Source: Octopus sinensis
Taxonomy: Eukaryota
Direction of reading: 5' to 3'
Assembly: GCF_006345805.1 (NCBI RefSeq)
Contig: NC_043020.1
Coordinates: forward strand, 23,436,001-23,500,000
DNA: 64,000 nt
Made by a program: the position numbers and the translations under genes. Positions 1-12,347 of this stretch are shown here, one piece after another (the first letter of the stretch is position 1; every line of letters starts with the position of its first letter). A model generated the notes under the pieces. It saw nothing but the letters and a program-made list of their open reading frames with translations, ran no database searches and was not told the DNA's origin.

Positions 1-1094
1 ATCCGGTTTTTGTATTTGAAAGGACGCACACCACGGGAGACTTTTGATGAAATGAAAGTAACTTATGGTGATGATGCCCCATCATATGACCTTGTAGAAC
101 GCTGGCATCGTGAATTCAAACATGGTCGGAACTCTGTGGAAACAGCTCCCAGATCTGGTCGCCCCCTTCTGCCATTGATGAGGCATCTGTCCGTCAAGTT
201 GAGGCTGCCATTCTGGAAGATCGACGCATAATTATTCGCCAAATAGCCCATGAGGTCAAGATTAGTACCGGGTCTGTGGAAACTATCATTCATGACCATT
301 TGCATATGCAAAAGGTGTCTGCCAGATGGATTCCCAGGTTGCTCACGCCTTTCCAGAAGCAAGAACGCGTCGAGTGCTCGAGGGTGAATTTGGAGATGTG
401 CCAAGAAGATGAGTCAAAATTTTTCAAAAGACTGATTACACAGGATGAAACCTGGGTCCATCACGATGATCCAGAGACCAAAGCCCAGTCAATGCAGTGG
501 AATCACCGTGACTCACCCCCTCCAAAGAAGCAAGGGTGCAGCCCTCCGCTGGCAAGGTCATGCTCACAGTCTTCTGGGACCAGGACGGAGTAGTGATGAC
601 AGATTTCCTGGCAAAGGGTACCACAATTGCAGGAGCCTATTATGCTTCACTTTTGAGGAAATTAAGAGAAGTTATAAAAATCAAGAGGCGGGGCAAGATC
701 AGCAAAGGCATCCTCCTCCTGCAGGACAACGCTCCGGTCCACAACTCGCTTGTCGCCAGATCAGAAACACAGGCGTGCGGCTATGAACTCCTCCCCATCC
801 CCTACTTTCCTGACCTTGCACCCTCTGATTTTCACCTCTTCCCAATCATGAAGTTGTTTTTGAAAGGAAAGCGTTTCTCAGATGATGCAGCCTTGATTTC
901 CGAAGTCACGTTGAGGTTAGAGGACCAAGCTGGGTTCTTCTATAAAAACGGTCTCCAGAGCCGCATCAAACGATGGGAGAAATGCGTAACTCTGAGTGGT
1001 TCCTATGTAGAAAAAGACTAATAACTGTGCCACGTTTTGTTGCTCTACTGCTATGGGAAGTGGGTCAGGGGCATTACTTATTGAACGCCCCTCG
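1..1094 (+). mobile_element. Mariner DNA transposon, frameshifted transposase, cut by the window start (irritans/Hsmar2-like terminus)
   Basis: ORFs 10-231, 276-593 and 536-1021 join into a D,D34D transposase: WIPRLL, ITQDETW, LQDNAPVH, YFPDLAPSDFHLF. The right TIR ...TACTTATTGAACGCCCCTCG is followed by TA at 1095-1096. Confidence 0.9.
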
Positions 1095-1642
1095 TATGTC
1101 GTGTGTAATATATTGAAATAAAGGAAAAGGTTTTAATTAATCAAAATAATGCTTGCAATAAAAAGAAAATTCATTAGTGTTGATAACAACTTCTTTACTA
1201 AATGGAGGAAACTCCAAAATTCAGTGTGACTAGGACATGTGTTGGACTCCTAAGTGACAAGGGCTTCTCGTTGTTAGACATATTACCTATATGACCTCTT
1301 TAGAGGAGTATCTTCTTCCAGTAACCTATCAGATGTTAGAATGATTAAGACAATGTGAGAGTTATTCCAAAACAATGCACAACTTTTCTTTTTGACTGGC
1401 ATAGATTGTTGAAATTGTATTTGCTAATAAAACGGTTCAAATTTACGAAGATACTGTTCAACATCCTCTCCGTTACAAGTGACACATTTACGTCATCGTA
1501 GATCCTAGTTCTCGAATCATTTAGGAAACATTTTAGGTGAGCACTGTTGTAACCACTTTTACATTACCATTTCTATTCCTCCTCTGTCATTAAAAAATGG
1601 TTGTCGCCCATGACGGACCTTTATAGAATCGAAGGCGATTAA

Positions 1643-1873
1643 AAGGCGGCTAGTTGGCAGAATCGTTAGCACGCTGGACAGAATGCTTAGCGTATTTCGT
1701 CTGCCGCTACGTTCTGAGTTCAAATTCCGTCGAGGTCGACTTTGCCTTTCATCCTTTCGGGGTCGATTAAATAAGTACCAGTTACGCACTAGGGTCGGTA
1801 TAATCGACTTAATCCGTTTGTCTGTCCTTGTTCGTCCCTTCTGTGTTTAGCCCCTTCTGGGTAGTAAAGAAAT
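1643..1873 (+). mobile_element. tRNA-derived SINE family A, full length
   Basis: Head GGCGGC..TGGCAGAATCGTTAGCAC (A-box-like), GAGTTCAAATTCC (B-box-like), central CTTTCATCCTTTCGGGGTCGAT..AAGTACCAG, tail TTTAGCCCC..GGGTAGTAAAGAAATA. Many copies in the window. Confidence 0.85.
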
Positions 1874-2060
1874 AGGTATTTCGTCTGCCGTTACGTTCTG
1901 AGTGCAAATTTTGCCAAGGTCAACTTTACTTTTCATACTTTCGGGGTCGATAAATTAAGTACCAGTTACGCACCGGGGTTGATGTAATCGACTTAATCCG
2001 TTTGTCTGTCCTTGTTTGTCCCTTCTATGTTTAGCCCCTTGTGGGTAGTAAAGAAATAAA
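1874..2060 (+). mobile_element. SINE A, 5'-truncated copy directly in tandem
   Basis: Starts GGTATTTCGTCTGCCG immediately after the AAAGAAATA tail of the previous copy. Confidence 0.85.
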
Positions 2061-2084
2061 AATCGAAGATAGGAAAGTCAGAAA

Positions 2085-3060
2085 GCATCATATCTGAACT
2101 GTACGATGAACGGAGGCTGCCCAGTTCTGCTGATTGCCAGATTGGTTACCAAAGATGTGTGTGGTGGTGCATGGCCCTGTCAAATGTGGGTTGCTTATAA
2201 CATTTTACTCTTAATGACTTCTCTAAGCACTTTGATCGTTTCGATGTTCCATTTGATGTACACAGTATAACCGGTTTCCAAAGTATGAAAGGGAATAATG
2301 CCCTTGCTATCAACCACCAAAAAAGATATCTTTATGACACTCAGTGCTGTTCGTCGACTACTGAATTTCTTAGACACTGGAGAGGAAATGTGACGCCATA
2401 CAATGGACTAAACTTCCGTTTCTGGATCATAAAAATATGCCCACACTTCATTCTTTATCACTAGATCAAGTATTCATAGGCTTAAAACCCTTTCGGCAAA
2501 CCTGAGAAGACTTCCAGTATTCCCTCCTCCTCTGGGAACTGTCTAGGTACTCAATGTGCAAACACTTTCCAATATTTAGGATTTCCTTCTGACTTCTGTA
2601 ATGTATTTTGATCACAATCCAGCAGTGATGCAAGCATACAGATTGTGACACATCGATCCGAATGAAGTAATTTGTCCATTCGCTGTTGATCTGTGCGAGC
2701 TGTCGGTATTGATGGTCTTCAAGGCGGCGAACTGGCAGAATCGTTAGCACGCCGGGCGAAATGCGTAGCCGTATTTCGTTACGTTCTGAGTTCAAATTCC
2801 GCTGAGGTCGACTTTGCCTTTCATCCTTTCGGGGTCGATAAATTAAGTACCAGTTACGCACTGGGGTCGATGTAATCGACTTAATACCTATGTATGTCCT
2901 TGTTTGTCCCCTCTATGTTTAGCCCCGTGTGGGTAATAAAGAAATAGGTATTGATGGTCTTCCGATAGTTATCGACTACATGTTTTGACTTGAAGGGTGT
3001 TTCTCTCTTGTTTAAAAGTTTCCATCTAATTGTGCACATTGATTTTGTCTCTGGTGCCCC
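2085..3060 (-). mobile_element. Degraded mariner transposase remnant interrupted by a SINE
   Basis: Minus-strand translation gives DRCVTICMLASLL..WKVFAH*VPRQ, NEVWAYFYDPETEV*SIVWRH and KISFLVVDSKGII..VLREVIKSK, collinear with mariner motifs DRRITI..WVP, DETW.Y.YDPETK.QS..W and VFWD..GII. Confidence 0.7.
2721..2946 (+). mobile_element. SINE A, full length, with 16-bp target-site duplication
   Basis: GGTATTGATGGTCTTC at 2705-2720 and again at 2947-2962. Confidence 0.92.
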
Positions 3061-4723
3061 CAACCATCACCACCACCACACTGAAAAATCTTATAGCTTT
3101 TGGTGATTATCGAAGAGTCAGTATTTCTCCTTCGTCAAGAATTTAATGACAACAGGTTGATTCAGTCTGTAAGCCATTATCTGCCTACAATAAAAACGAA
3201 CAGGGAAAATGACTGTAAAAGATGAAATATTTCCCAAACTTCTGCAATTTCAACGACATATGTCAGTTAATAAAATAAGAAATATCATTTTCTATAACTT
3301 TCGGTACAAAACTTGGGCATTAACGAGGCAATTTAAAATAACGAAATGGGAAAATTTGTCAGAGTTGCCATCTGCATGAACAAAGTATAAAGAAGTAACT
3401 TAATGTTCTTACCATGGCGAAATAAAGGTATTTTATCAAAGTAGAATAAAAATAGATACATCAGTGCTAACATTACTGATGCAAACAATACTAAAAATGT
3501 AACTGTAAGTACGTATTTGATCAGTAATACTCGAGACATCTCTGGATGTGTTCTCGTCTGCGAAACATGGACTTTGCAGTAATTAACGAAATACTGACGA
3601 GAGGATCAATAAAGGAATGTGGATAATTGTAGTTTGGTTAACCTAGATGCCACAATAATTACAACGATATAATTGAATAAAAAATATTATCCTCCGCACG
3701 TAATTACCGCATTATTTGTTATTTGTCTAATGTTTTTTTAATTAAATATGCAAAAATGTTGCATACAATTTTTTTTACGGATATCGTCTGCAGGTCATTT
3801 ATTCTCTAAAGAATTCTATTGTTTTAAAATCATATCTACTAAACTTGGACATTAATTTACCTACATTTCCAACGCTACATCTGCAAATATGGTGAAATAT
3901 GAACTTTACCAACGAGGCCATAATAACAATTGTCTTTTCTAGATACTCAAATAACATAAAATTCATAAGTATTTTTATAATATATTTTTAGAATTTTTTA
4001 CCCTATAATTAATCGCCGTTTGAATTTTATTATTCTATGCATTAACTGCTGTTTTACATGTTGCAGATGGTACCGTTAACTTACTTGTCATGTATTAACT
4101 TATTTGCAAAATTTGAAATTCATTAGTTTCAAAAATCTGGAGGAAATATGAAGAAAGAAACTTTTTCTTGCAAATATTGCACAAAGCGGATATGTACGTC
4201 TATCACGTGATCATCCACACTGAAATCTAGAACTATCAAACTATATTTCACTCACAAACATGTCGCACAGCAAAGCCTGATATGCCAGAAATAGCGCCTT
4301 CATATCCCTTAAATAATACCCTACTACTTTTATAAAAGCAACACTCGAAAATGTAGTTGGTGTAAGGAAATAGCTGTGAAAATTGATGAGATGGGTATAG
4401 TTTGAAAAACAGGAGGTTATGATCACAAAGGACAGTGTATTTACGCACTATATAGCAGCTGATTTGTGGATAACACTGACATGACCAATGAGTGACGTTT
4501 ATGTGATAAATGGATTTGCCAAACAGAGTAGCCAAATTTTCCTTAAATGACATCCTAAAATTTTAGAACTAGAAACTTTGAATAATATAATTTGAAAAAT
4601 CAATTTAAACTCAGATAAATCAAGGAAAAAATCAACAGGAATAATTCTTAGTGATGCCTCGATCCAATCCGTAAAATACTATCGGCAATGAAGATAATAT
4701 AACACTATCTCAGCAACGAAATA

Positions 4724-5289
4724 TTGGGTTGTCCGGAAAGTTCGAGCCGATTTATAGCAGCTTACATTTCGACTTATTTTAGAACATGTTTGAGTCCATA
4801 AAATAGGATTTGACTACACCTTCATTTAGAGAACAGATTAAGCTATCTTTTCGTGGAAGAAGGTTTATGTTCCTATAACCTGTGTAAATTCTGTAACCCT
4901 TTTAAATGCAAGATAAGAAAGTTCTTTTTCGGCACTTGATGCTTTGGGAACCAGACAAATATTGCTGCAGCTCGGCTGGGATGTTTTATCCCAACCTCCA
5001 TATTCACCAGATATTGCTCCTTCGGATTTCCACTTATTCAGGTCTCAGCAGAATAGTCTTAATGGTAAAAATTTCAATTCCTTGGATGACGTAAAAAGAT
5101 ACCTTGATGAATTATTTGCTATGAAACCACCTCAATTCTGAGAAGAGGGTATTTTCAAGTTAAAGGAAAGATGGAGACGTATTGTGCAACAAAATGGTTC
5201 ATATTTGGTTTATTAAAAATGTAATGGCAAGTATTTATTGACCTTTATCTTTCCTTTCAAAATCGACACGAACTTTTCGGACAACCCAA
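4724..5289 (+). mobile_element. Internally deleted non-autonomous mariner, copy 1
   Basis: TA-flanked TIRs TTGGGTTGTCCGGAAAGTTCG / CGAACTTTTCGGACAACCCAA. N-terminal MQDKKVLFRHLMLW is fused to the C-terminal GTRQILLQLGWDVL..PPYSPDIAPSDFHLF. Confidence 0.9.
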
Positions 5290-5624
5290 TATATCCTAAT
5301 ATTCAATGATACTCTATTACTAGTGTGTTATCTCCCATATGACTGGTATGGTTGGAAGTAATATCAGGAAATATGGTATACATAAAATAAATATAATTTG
5401 TATTTTATCAAATTTCTTGATGCTAATGCAAAATATTGCAATGATTACTAAGTTTTCCGAAGTAAAGTTTTTATTACTTTGAAATAAAATTGAATAAAAT
5501 AAAATTCTAATTTGTGTAACTCCTCTCCCAAACCAGTCTATTATTTCAGAATTGTATATTCCTTTCTCCTAAAGACACAAAGCCTGAAGACTGAAGAGCT
5601 AGTTGATTATATCGTCGGCAGCAC

Positions 5625-5755
5625 TTGACTGCTACTTATTTTATCGACAACGAAATGCGACGTCGACGTTGGTGGAATTTGAAATCTGAACGTAAAACGA
5701 ACGAAATGCCGCTAAACATTTCATCTGTTGTATTAACGATCCTCCCAGCTCACTT
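5625..5755 (-). mobile_element. Degraded SINE A fragment
   Basis: Loose match to the reverse complement of the SINE A 5' half (TACTTATTTTATCGAC..GGAATTTGAA..GAACGTA..CGAAAT). Confidence 0.5.
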
Positions 5756-6212
5756 GCTCCAAGTTTGTAAATTTACAATAAATATATCTCGTTATTTTTC
5801 AAACTGTTATCAAAATTAATACTATAGATTAACTATTAAATGAATATATAACTTTGGAAATATACTTTTTTCCGCTAAGGGTAACATCAAGAATAAAATG
5901 GCGTACATAAAGTGACCTTGGTTTAACTTTTCTTTACAAATCGATCCAATGAATACAAATTTGCAAAAGAAAAATACTTGTTAACTTAAAATATAATTAC
6001 ATAGAATAAAAATGTCATTTGTAAATTTGCAATAAACATAACCAGCTATTGGTTTTCTGGCTTTTATCAACAGAATCGCAAGTTTTTCCATGGAAAAGCT
6101 ATCTCAGCAAAATTTCATTAAAAATCGTGCATTTTTCAGAAAAAGCATAGTCACTCATCCTACACCTTCAGTGTTAACTCTCTCCTTCATCCTCTCTCTC
6201 AATTTATTTATC

Positions 6213-6214
6213 TC

Positions 6215-6274
<60 letters not shown>

Positions 6275-6310
6275 ATCTATCTATCTATCTATCTATTATC
6301 TACCTACCTA
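6213..6310. repeat. (TATC)n microsatellite
   Basis: Direct reading. Confidence 0.95.
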
Positions 6311-6344
6311 TCTGTCTCTCTCTCTATCTGTCTATCAGTCTCTG

Positions 6345-6533
6345 TCTTTTTTAATTTTTTATTTTATTTTTGTTCTTCTTTTTCCCTTTTACGATCCCTT
6401 TTGATCGAAAACCTACGCCACCTTTTTTCTTTGTTTCTTTTGTTGTTTGTTTTTTTTCATCGCCCAAAAGAAAAGCTCTACCTTGTAACTTGTCCCATCT
6501 GTGTGCAGCCCTGTGTGGCCAATAAAGAAATTT
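6345..6533 (+). mobile_element. Orphan 3' UTR of the Tx1-like LINE family
   Basis: GATCCCTTTTGATCGAAA..AAAAGAAAAGCTCTACCTTGTAA..CTGTGTGCAGCCCTGTGTGGCCAATAAAGAAA closely matches the 3' end of LINE 2 (reverse complement of 18251-18390). Confidence 0.85.
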
Positions 6534-6538
6534 ATCTT

Positions 6539-6613
<75 letters not shown>

Positions 6614-6673
6614 GTCTGTCTGTCTGTCTATCTCTCTATCTGTCTGTCTATCTATATGTCTATCTATCTATCC

Positions 6674-6734
<61 letters not shown>

Positions 6735-6775
6735 CCTATCTATTTATCTATCTATCTATCTATCTCTCTATCTAT
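6534..6775. repeat. (TATC)n microsatellite between the orphan 3' UTR and the LINE 1 5' end
   Basis: Direct reading. Confidence 0.95.
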
Positions 6776-7065
6776 GGACGTGCTGTCACTTCGGCTCCGA
6801 AGGTAATCGTTTATTTTGACTATTTATAGCCCAATTTTTGTGTACATTTTTGTAAATAAGGTGTGTAAGTGCTTTTCCAAGGGAGGCATTCGCCCCAAGG
6901 GGCAGTTTCAACCCCATTTCATTTCTGTAATTTTCTTCTCGACATTAGAAAATGTCGAGAAATTTTATTGTAGAACGCTGGTCGCGTTCCTTTATGGACC
7001 AACATTTTCCTAGTTTGGAAACGCTAGGAGAAGAAAATAAGAACTCATGCACGCAAAGTGCAAAC

Positions 7066-8852
7066 ATGAATATCGTTGGAATGAACGCTGCAGCCACGTG
7101 CGGTAACAGCACCACCACCACCACCACTAACAACAGCAACCATGAGACTACTACTGCCACCACCACCACCTCCAGCACCACCACCACCACCCACCACCAC
7201 CACCACCACCACCACCACCACCAACATAAATGATAAAAATAAAACTCACACGAAAACTATTGACAAAAGCAACAGCAACAACAAGAACAACAATAAAAAT
7301 GAACTATCTAATAGTGAAGATGTTAATATAACAGAATTAACAGCACCAACAAATTTCGCTGACACTCTGCGTCAGAAGAAACAGATTATACATTTCACGA
7401 ACAAAGAACTTTTAGAAACAAGATCTCTCTTTACAACCAGAGGGCAAGATTTAGTGCTACATACACCTCAACACATAAAGCAAGAAATAGAAAATAAGAC
7501 AATTATTTATAAAATTATAAGAAAAAACAAAAAACTAAATGAACAGATTACAAAAACGGATGTAGAAAAAGGCTTAAAAAACATAATGAAAAAAAAGAAT
7601 ACATAAACTGGGGTCCCCAGTTTAACACAGTAGTGGTCCGCTTCTCTAAACGGGAAGTGGCAAAAGCTCACTCTACTGAGTCTTTGGAAAATGATGATAT
7701 CATCATGGTCCCATACTACAAAAATCAGAGAGTGAGTCGAATCACTATTAAAAATGTACCTCCCGACATTCCTAACAAATGGATAACAGGGGCAATCTGT
7801 TATCATTTGAAAACTATCAATATTTTGGAAACCGCCGTGTACCTAAACGACAATTGGGGTGGAAAAACTATAGTGGTGACCATACAGATTGAGGGGGCCT
7901 CTATCGAGAGCCTACCGGATAAGATCCACTTGGAAAATGGGCAAAGCCTATATATTATAGCAGAAGGCAAAAAACCTAGATCCTACAACTGTGGCAGCAC
8001 CAAACATTTAATTGCCAAGTGTGCTCTGGTACAGAAAAAACAAGAAAGAACAAATCAGAAAACAAATAAAAAACCCTTGTTGCCAACACCAACACCAACA
8101 CACTCAATTATGGAACAATGCCAAGAAAAACAACAAACCAGCAAACAAACCCCAACAACATCACCAAAAAAAGAAACAGTACCAACACAATCACCGTTGA
8201 CGTCACAACCAATTCAACATGCTAAACCAACAAAAAATAGACCAACACCAACACCGAAGACGACAATTAAAAAGACAGAAAACAGTGACGAGAAGACTAA
8301 TTCTACCCCTAACACCACAACAACACAAACACCGCACAAAACATCAACAATTTATACAAGCATACATAGTAATGCAAATGCTTTGCCTCTACCCCATACT
8401 GATACGTCGGACGACGAAAGTTCGACGGAATGGCAAATAGCCACAGGGGGTAAAAGGAAAAGATCAAAAAAATCCACCAAACAAGGAAGTAAAGCAGGGA
8501 GTATCTAACTCCGGACAACATCCCCCTAGACAATCAAAAAAGCAATGAACCCGTAAAACCACACACACAACTAACTGCAATAGAAACAGACAATAAAGAA
8601 TTAATGGACTACATCAAATCTAACATGGTCATCTGTGAAGATGACTTTAAGACAAACAATCATCCGCACACCACACCACCGAAACACATCAGAATTTTAC
8701 ACATAACACAAGCACAACACCACATACTGAAAACAATATTTCCGAATGCGGTAGGCGGGTTTCAACGATACCTGTCGAAAAAACTATACAAACACCTCAT
8801 CAAAGACAATACAAAAGAAGAAAAAAATGAAACTTTTGAAATGAGTGAGTGA
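7066..8852 (+). pseudogene. LINE 1 ORF1 (RRM-like region, degenerate CCHC knuckle, low-complexity linker, conserved C-terminal domain)
   Basis: Pieces 6952-7233, 7142-7606, 7633-8508 and 8604-8852 are collinear with LINE 2 ORF1. Knuckle RSYNCGSTKHLIAKC. Confidence 0.8.
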
Positions 8853-8909
8853 CCTCCCCTCTTGCCTCTTGTCTCTTCTAATGTAGTGTGTAAAACACAA
8901 TTTTCGTAA

Positions 8910-11900
8910 ATGTCAAGTATGCTTAAATTAGGTTGTGTGAATGCGCGTGGCTTGGCGTCGGCTTGGAAGCAAGGTTACCTTCTAAACGACATCAAGTCAC
9001 TGAACGTGGATATAGTAGCTATCAGTGAAACCAGACTCAGTAAGCCGCGGGCCCTCGAATCCATGTTTGGCAATCAATTTGACATTTATTTTTCTCCCTG
9101 TCTGCCGAACATGGGTGGTGGAGGTACCGCGGTGTTTTTTCGAAAGTGTCTAAAGGTAAAAGTAAGAGCAATATTCCTAGACCCGGAGGGTAGGCTGGTT
9201 GTCTTGGACGTGGATGGCAGAAATGGGTGTGCATTCCGTCTGATGGCAGTTTATGCACCGTCCTTAACGGGTCGGGCGGATTTCTTCAGACGTCTAGAGG
9301 TTTTCCTGGGTACGTCTAGACCTTTACTGTTAGTAGGGGATTGGAACGCTACCTTGGACACACATCTAGATTATGTGGGAAGGGATAGGAATAGAAGGGG
9401 GTGTAAGAGCCTCAAAGACCTGCTCAGACGTTTCCATTTATCTGACAGGTTCCGACTCGACCATCCGAACGTGATAACGTGGACTTGGACAAACCGCGTC
9501 GGATCGTCGAGATCTTATCTAGATAGAATTCTATGCAGGACAGCGGATAGGGATAGTGTAGGATGTCCACAATTTAAAATAGTCAACTACACAGATCACA
9601 AATTTGTTACGTGTACGCTCGACTTAGATAAAACACATAGGCAGGGTCCCGGTTACTGGAAACTGAACACGTCGCCGTTAGCGCGACAAGTTTACAGGAA
9701 CCGGATTAGCGAGTTAATTAAGAGGGCGCTGACGGGAGCCGTCGTTAACAACCGCTGGTGGTACGCCCTGAAAATGGCAATAAAATCGGAATCAATTAGG
9801 TTTAGCAAGGAATTAGCGGTAGAACGAAATAGAGTAGAGGGAGACTTGGTTAAGAAACTAGAAGAGGCACTTACCACTGGCAGCGCAACCAACGTGCTGG
9901 CTGCGAGGATGGCCCTCGACCAACACCTCAACGCCAAGCACGAAGGTTGCGTCGTCAGAGCTAAAATGCGTGCCTTAAGGAACGAAGGGATCGAAGCTGA
10001 GCGAAAGGCTCGGGTAGCGGAGGCGCAGCGTGGCAACAGAGCCACCATTCGGTCTCTAATAGATCAACAGGAATGCAGTTTACTCGAACCCGAAAGGATG
10101 TGTGAGGCCTTTCAACAGCACTTTGCTCGACTGTTTGGTGCGAGTGGTGGGTCGGAACGCGGGATGGATTTCAGTGCCTACCTGACCGACCTGCCGCGGC
10201 TCTCGGCAAGAGAATCGGAGTGTTGTGAAAGTCTCATCACAGCCGCTGACGTGTGGGATGCGATGGCGGGCTGCGCGAGGGATAAGTCGCCTGGATTGGA
10301 TGGTTTACCCTACGAGCTGTATTGTCAAATGTCAGACTTGTTTGGCGACCTCTTGGCATCAGTCTACTGCAACTAGCAACAAAACTTGAGAATCCCCGGT
10401 TTCGTGAGCCGAGGTGGGGTGACGTTGCTGAAGAAAGACCCAAACAAGGGGAATTTTATAGATAATTTCAGGCCCATCACTCTGCTCAACGCAGATTTGA
10501 AAATTTTGGCCAAAGTAATAGCCGAGAGGTTGGCGCTTGTCATTGGTAAACTGGTCGACAGGGCGCAAACATGCTCCGTGCCGGGCAGAACCATACATGA
10601 CAACCTCCATCTGATGCGCTACATTGTGGACAGGGTAGTTAAGGATCCTGGCATGGGTGGGGCGGTGATAAATTTGGATTAGTCTAAAGCCTTCGATAGG
10701 GTCGACCATCGGTACTTGGCGGCCGTCCTCAGGGCGGCTGGCTTCGGTCCCGTCTTCCGCGGTTGGATCGCTGCCTTGTATAGCGGCATCCGATCGGTGA
10801 TTCGGGTCGAAACCGTTTGACATCACGCGTTCGGTCCGTCAGGGGTGTCCCCTGAAGGCGCTTCTGTATGTATTGACTCTCGAGCCGCTACTGCGGAAGC
10901 TGGCGACACTGAGGGGCATCCCACGGGAACTGGGTTGCGGGACGAGCGTGTCGGCATATGCGGACGATGTCACCGTCATAGTGTCGAGCGACAAACACAT
11001 CAAGATGATAGGCGAGATGCTAAGAAAATACGAAACGGTGACGGGAGCAAAGATTAACCTGGAAAAGTCAGTGGGTTTGCTACTCGGCACCTGGAGAAGC
11101 AAGCCCATGCCGTCCGACTGCGGCTCAGTAGTGGGACGCTGGACGGACGGACCGGTTAATTTGCTCGGGGTCTGGTTCAGTCCGGACCTCCAAATGGATA
11201 AGAACTGGGACGAGATCACGAGTAGAGTGGTCACTCTCAGCCAAACATGGGCCGAGAGAAAGCTGTCTCTAAAAGGCCGGGCGGAGGTGGCGAACGCGTA
11301 CATCGCATCCGTCATCGATTACCGCCTGACCGTCGTACCTTGTCCCGACGCCACCATCACCAAACTGGAACGCATACTCTTCCGCTTCCTGTGGAAGGGT
11401 GGCGTTCCGATGGTGAGGAAGTCCATTTGCTGTCAACATCCGTTGAATGGAGGACTGGGCATGCCGTGGTTGATGATGCGCAGGCATGCGCTGAGACTGC
11501 GACATCTCTGGAACTTCATCGACAACGGTGAACAGGCAGGTGTGGGCGCCGTTTGTGAGGCGCGACATCCCGCAGCTCGTCTCACTGACCGAACTGCAAA
11601 CGTGGATCAAAAAGAGACCGAAACTGGGCGATTGCCACCGAGAGTGTCGCCAACTCTACAGCAGCTCTGCCGACCGGGGTCAAACTTGTGCAACTTACAA
11701 ACGACTAAGCGTTCTATAGAGGACTAGTGGAGGGGAGGTCCGACGACACACTCGGGGCAAACATGGGCGTCGACGAAGAATTCCTAACCCGCCTGTTCAG
11801 GACGACGTTCGGGCCGGGGCCTATGGATAACTTCCAGAAATCCCTGGCTTGGCAGTGCTATCGAGACGCACTACCTGTTCGAGAGAAGAGCTACAGAGAC

Positions 11901-12347
11901 GGTTCGAAAACCATCACCGGACCGACCTGCCCGAGATGCGGTCAGAGCGACGAAACCGTTCTGCACGCACTCGTGCAGTGTCCAAATATTTCAGAGCTGT
12001 GGTCCTTCGTCGAACAGCTGTTGTCCCGTGTATGTCGGGCTCGCCTACCGGCCGAGTCTATCGTGAATATTGTTCCACCACCTTCCTTTAAACGGGAAGG
12101 GAAAACGGTTTTCGTTACGCTGATGGCTATGGCGAAAGAATGTGTGTGGTGGACGCGTTTGAAAGGACTGCAAACAAACAGCTTCCTCTCTGGTCAGTCT
12201 CTCGTCAACTTTTTCAAGTACCACTTGAAAAGGAGGATGAGAATAGAGAGGAAGGCTTTGTCGAACGAATGTTTTAATAAAAAGTGGGTAAAAGTGGCAA
12301 AAATGGTCAGTATGAAAGACGACACTATTTTAAGTATAAATCTGTAA
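8910..12347 (+). pseudogene. LINE 1 ORF2 (AP endonuclease, reverse transcriptase, C-terminal zinc finger)
   Basis: VNARGL, ISET, YAP, GDWN, SYLDRI, TDH; KSPGLDG, NFRPITLLN, LD*SKAFDRV, RQGCP, YADD; CPRCGQSDETVLHALVQC. In-frame TAG stops at 10374 and 10680, frameshifts near 10810 and 11535. Confidence 0.95.
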
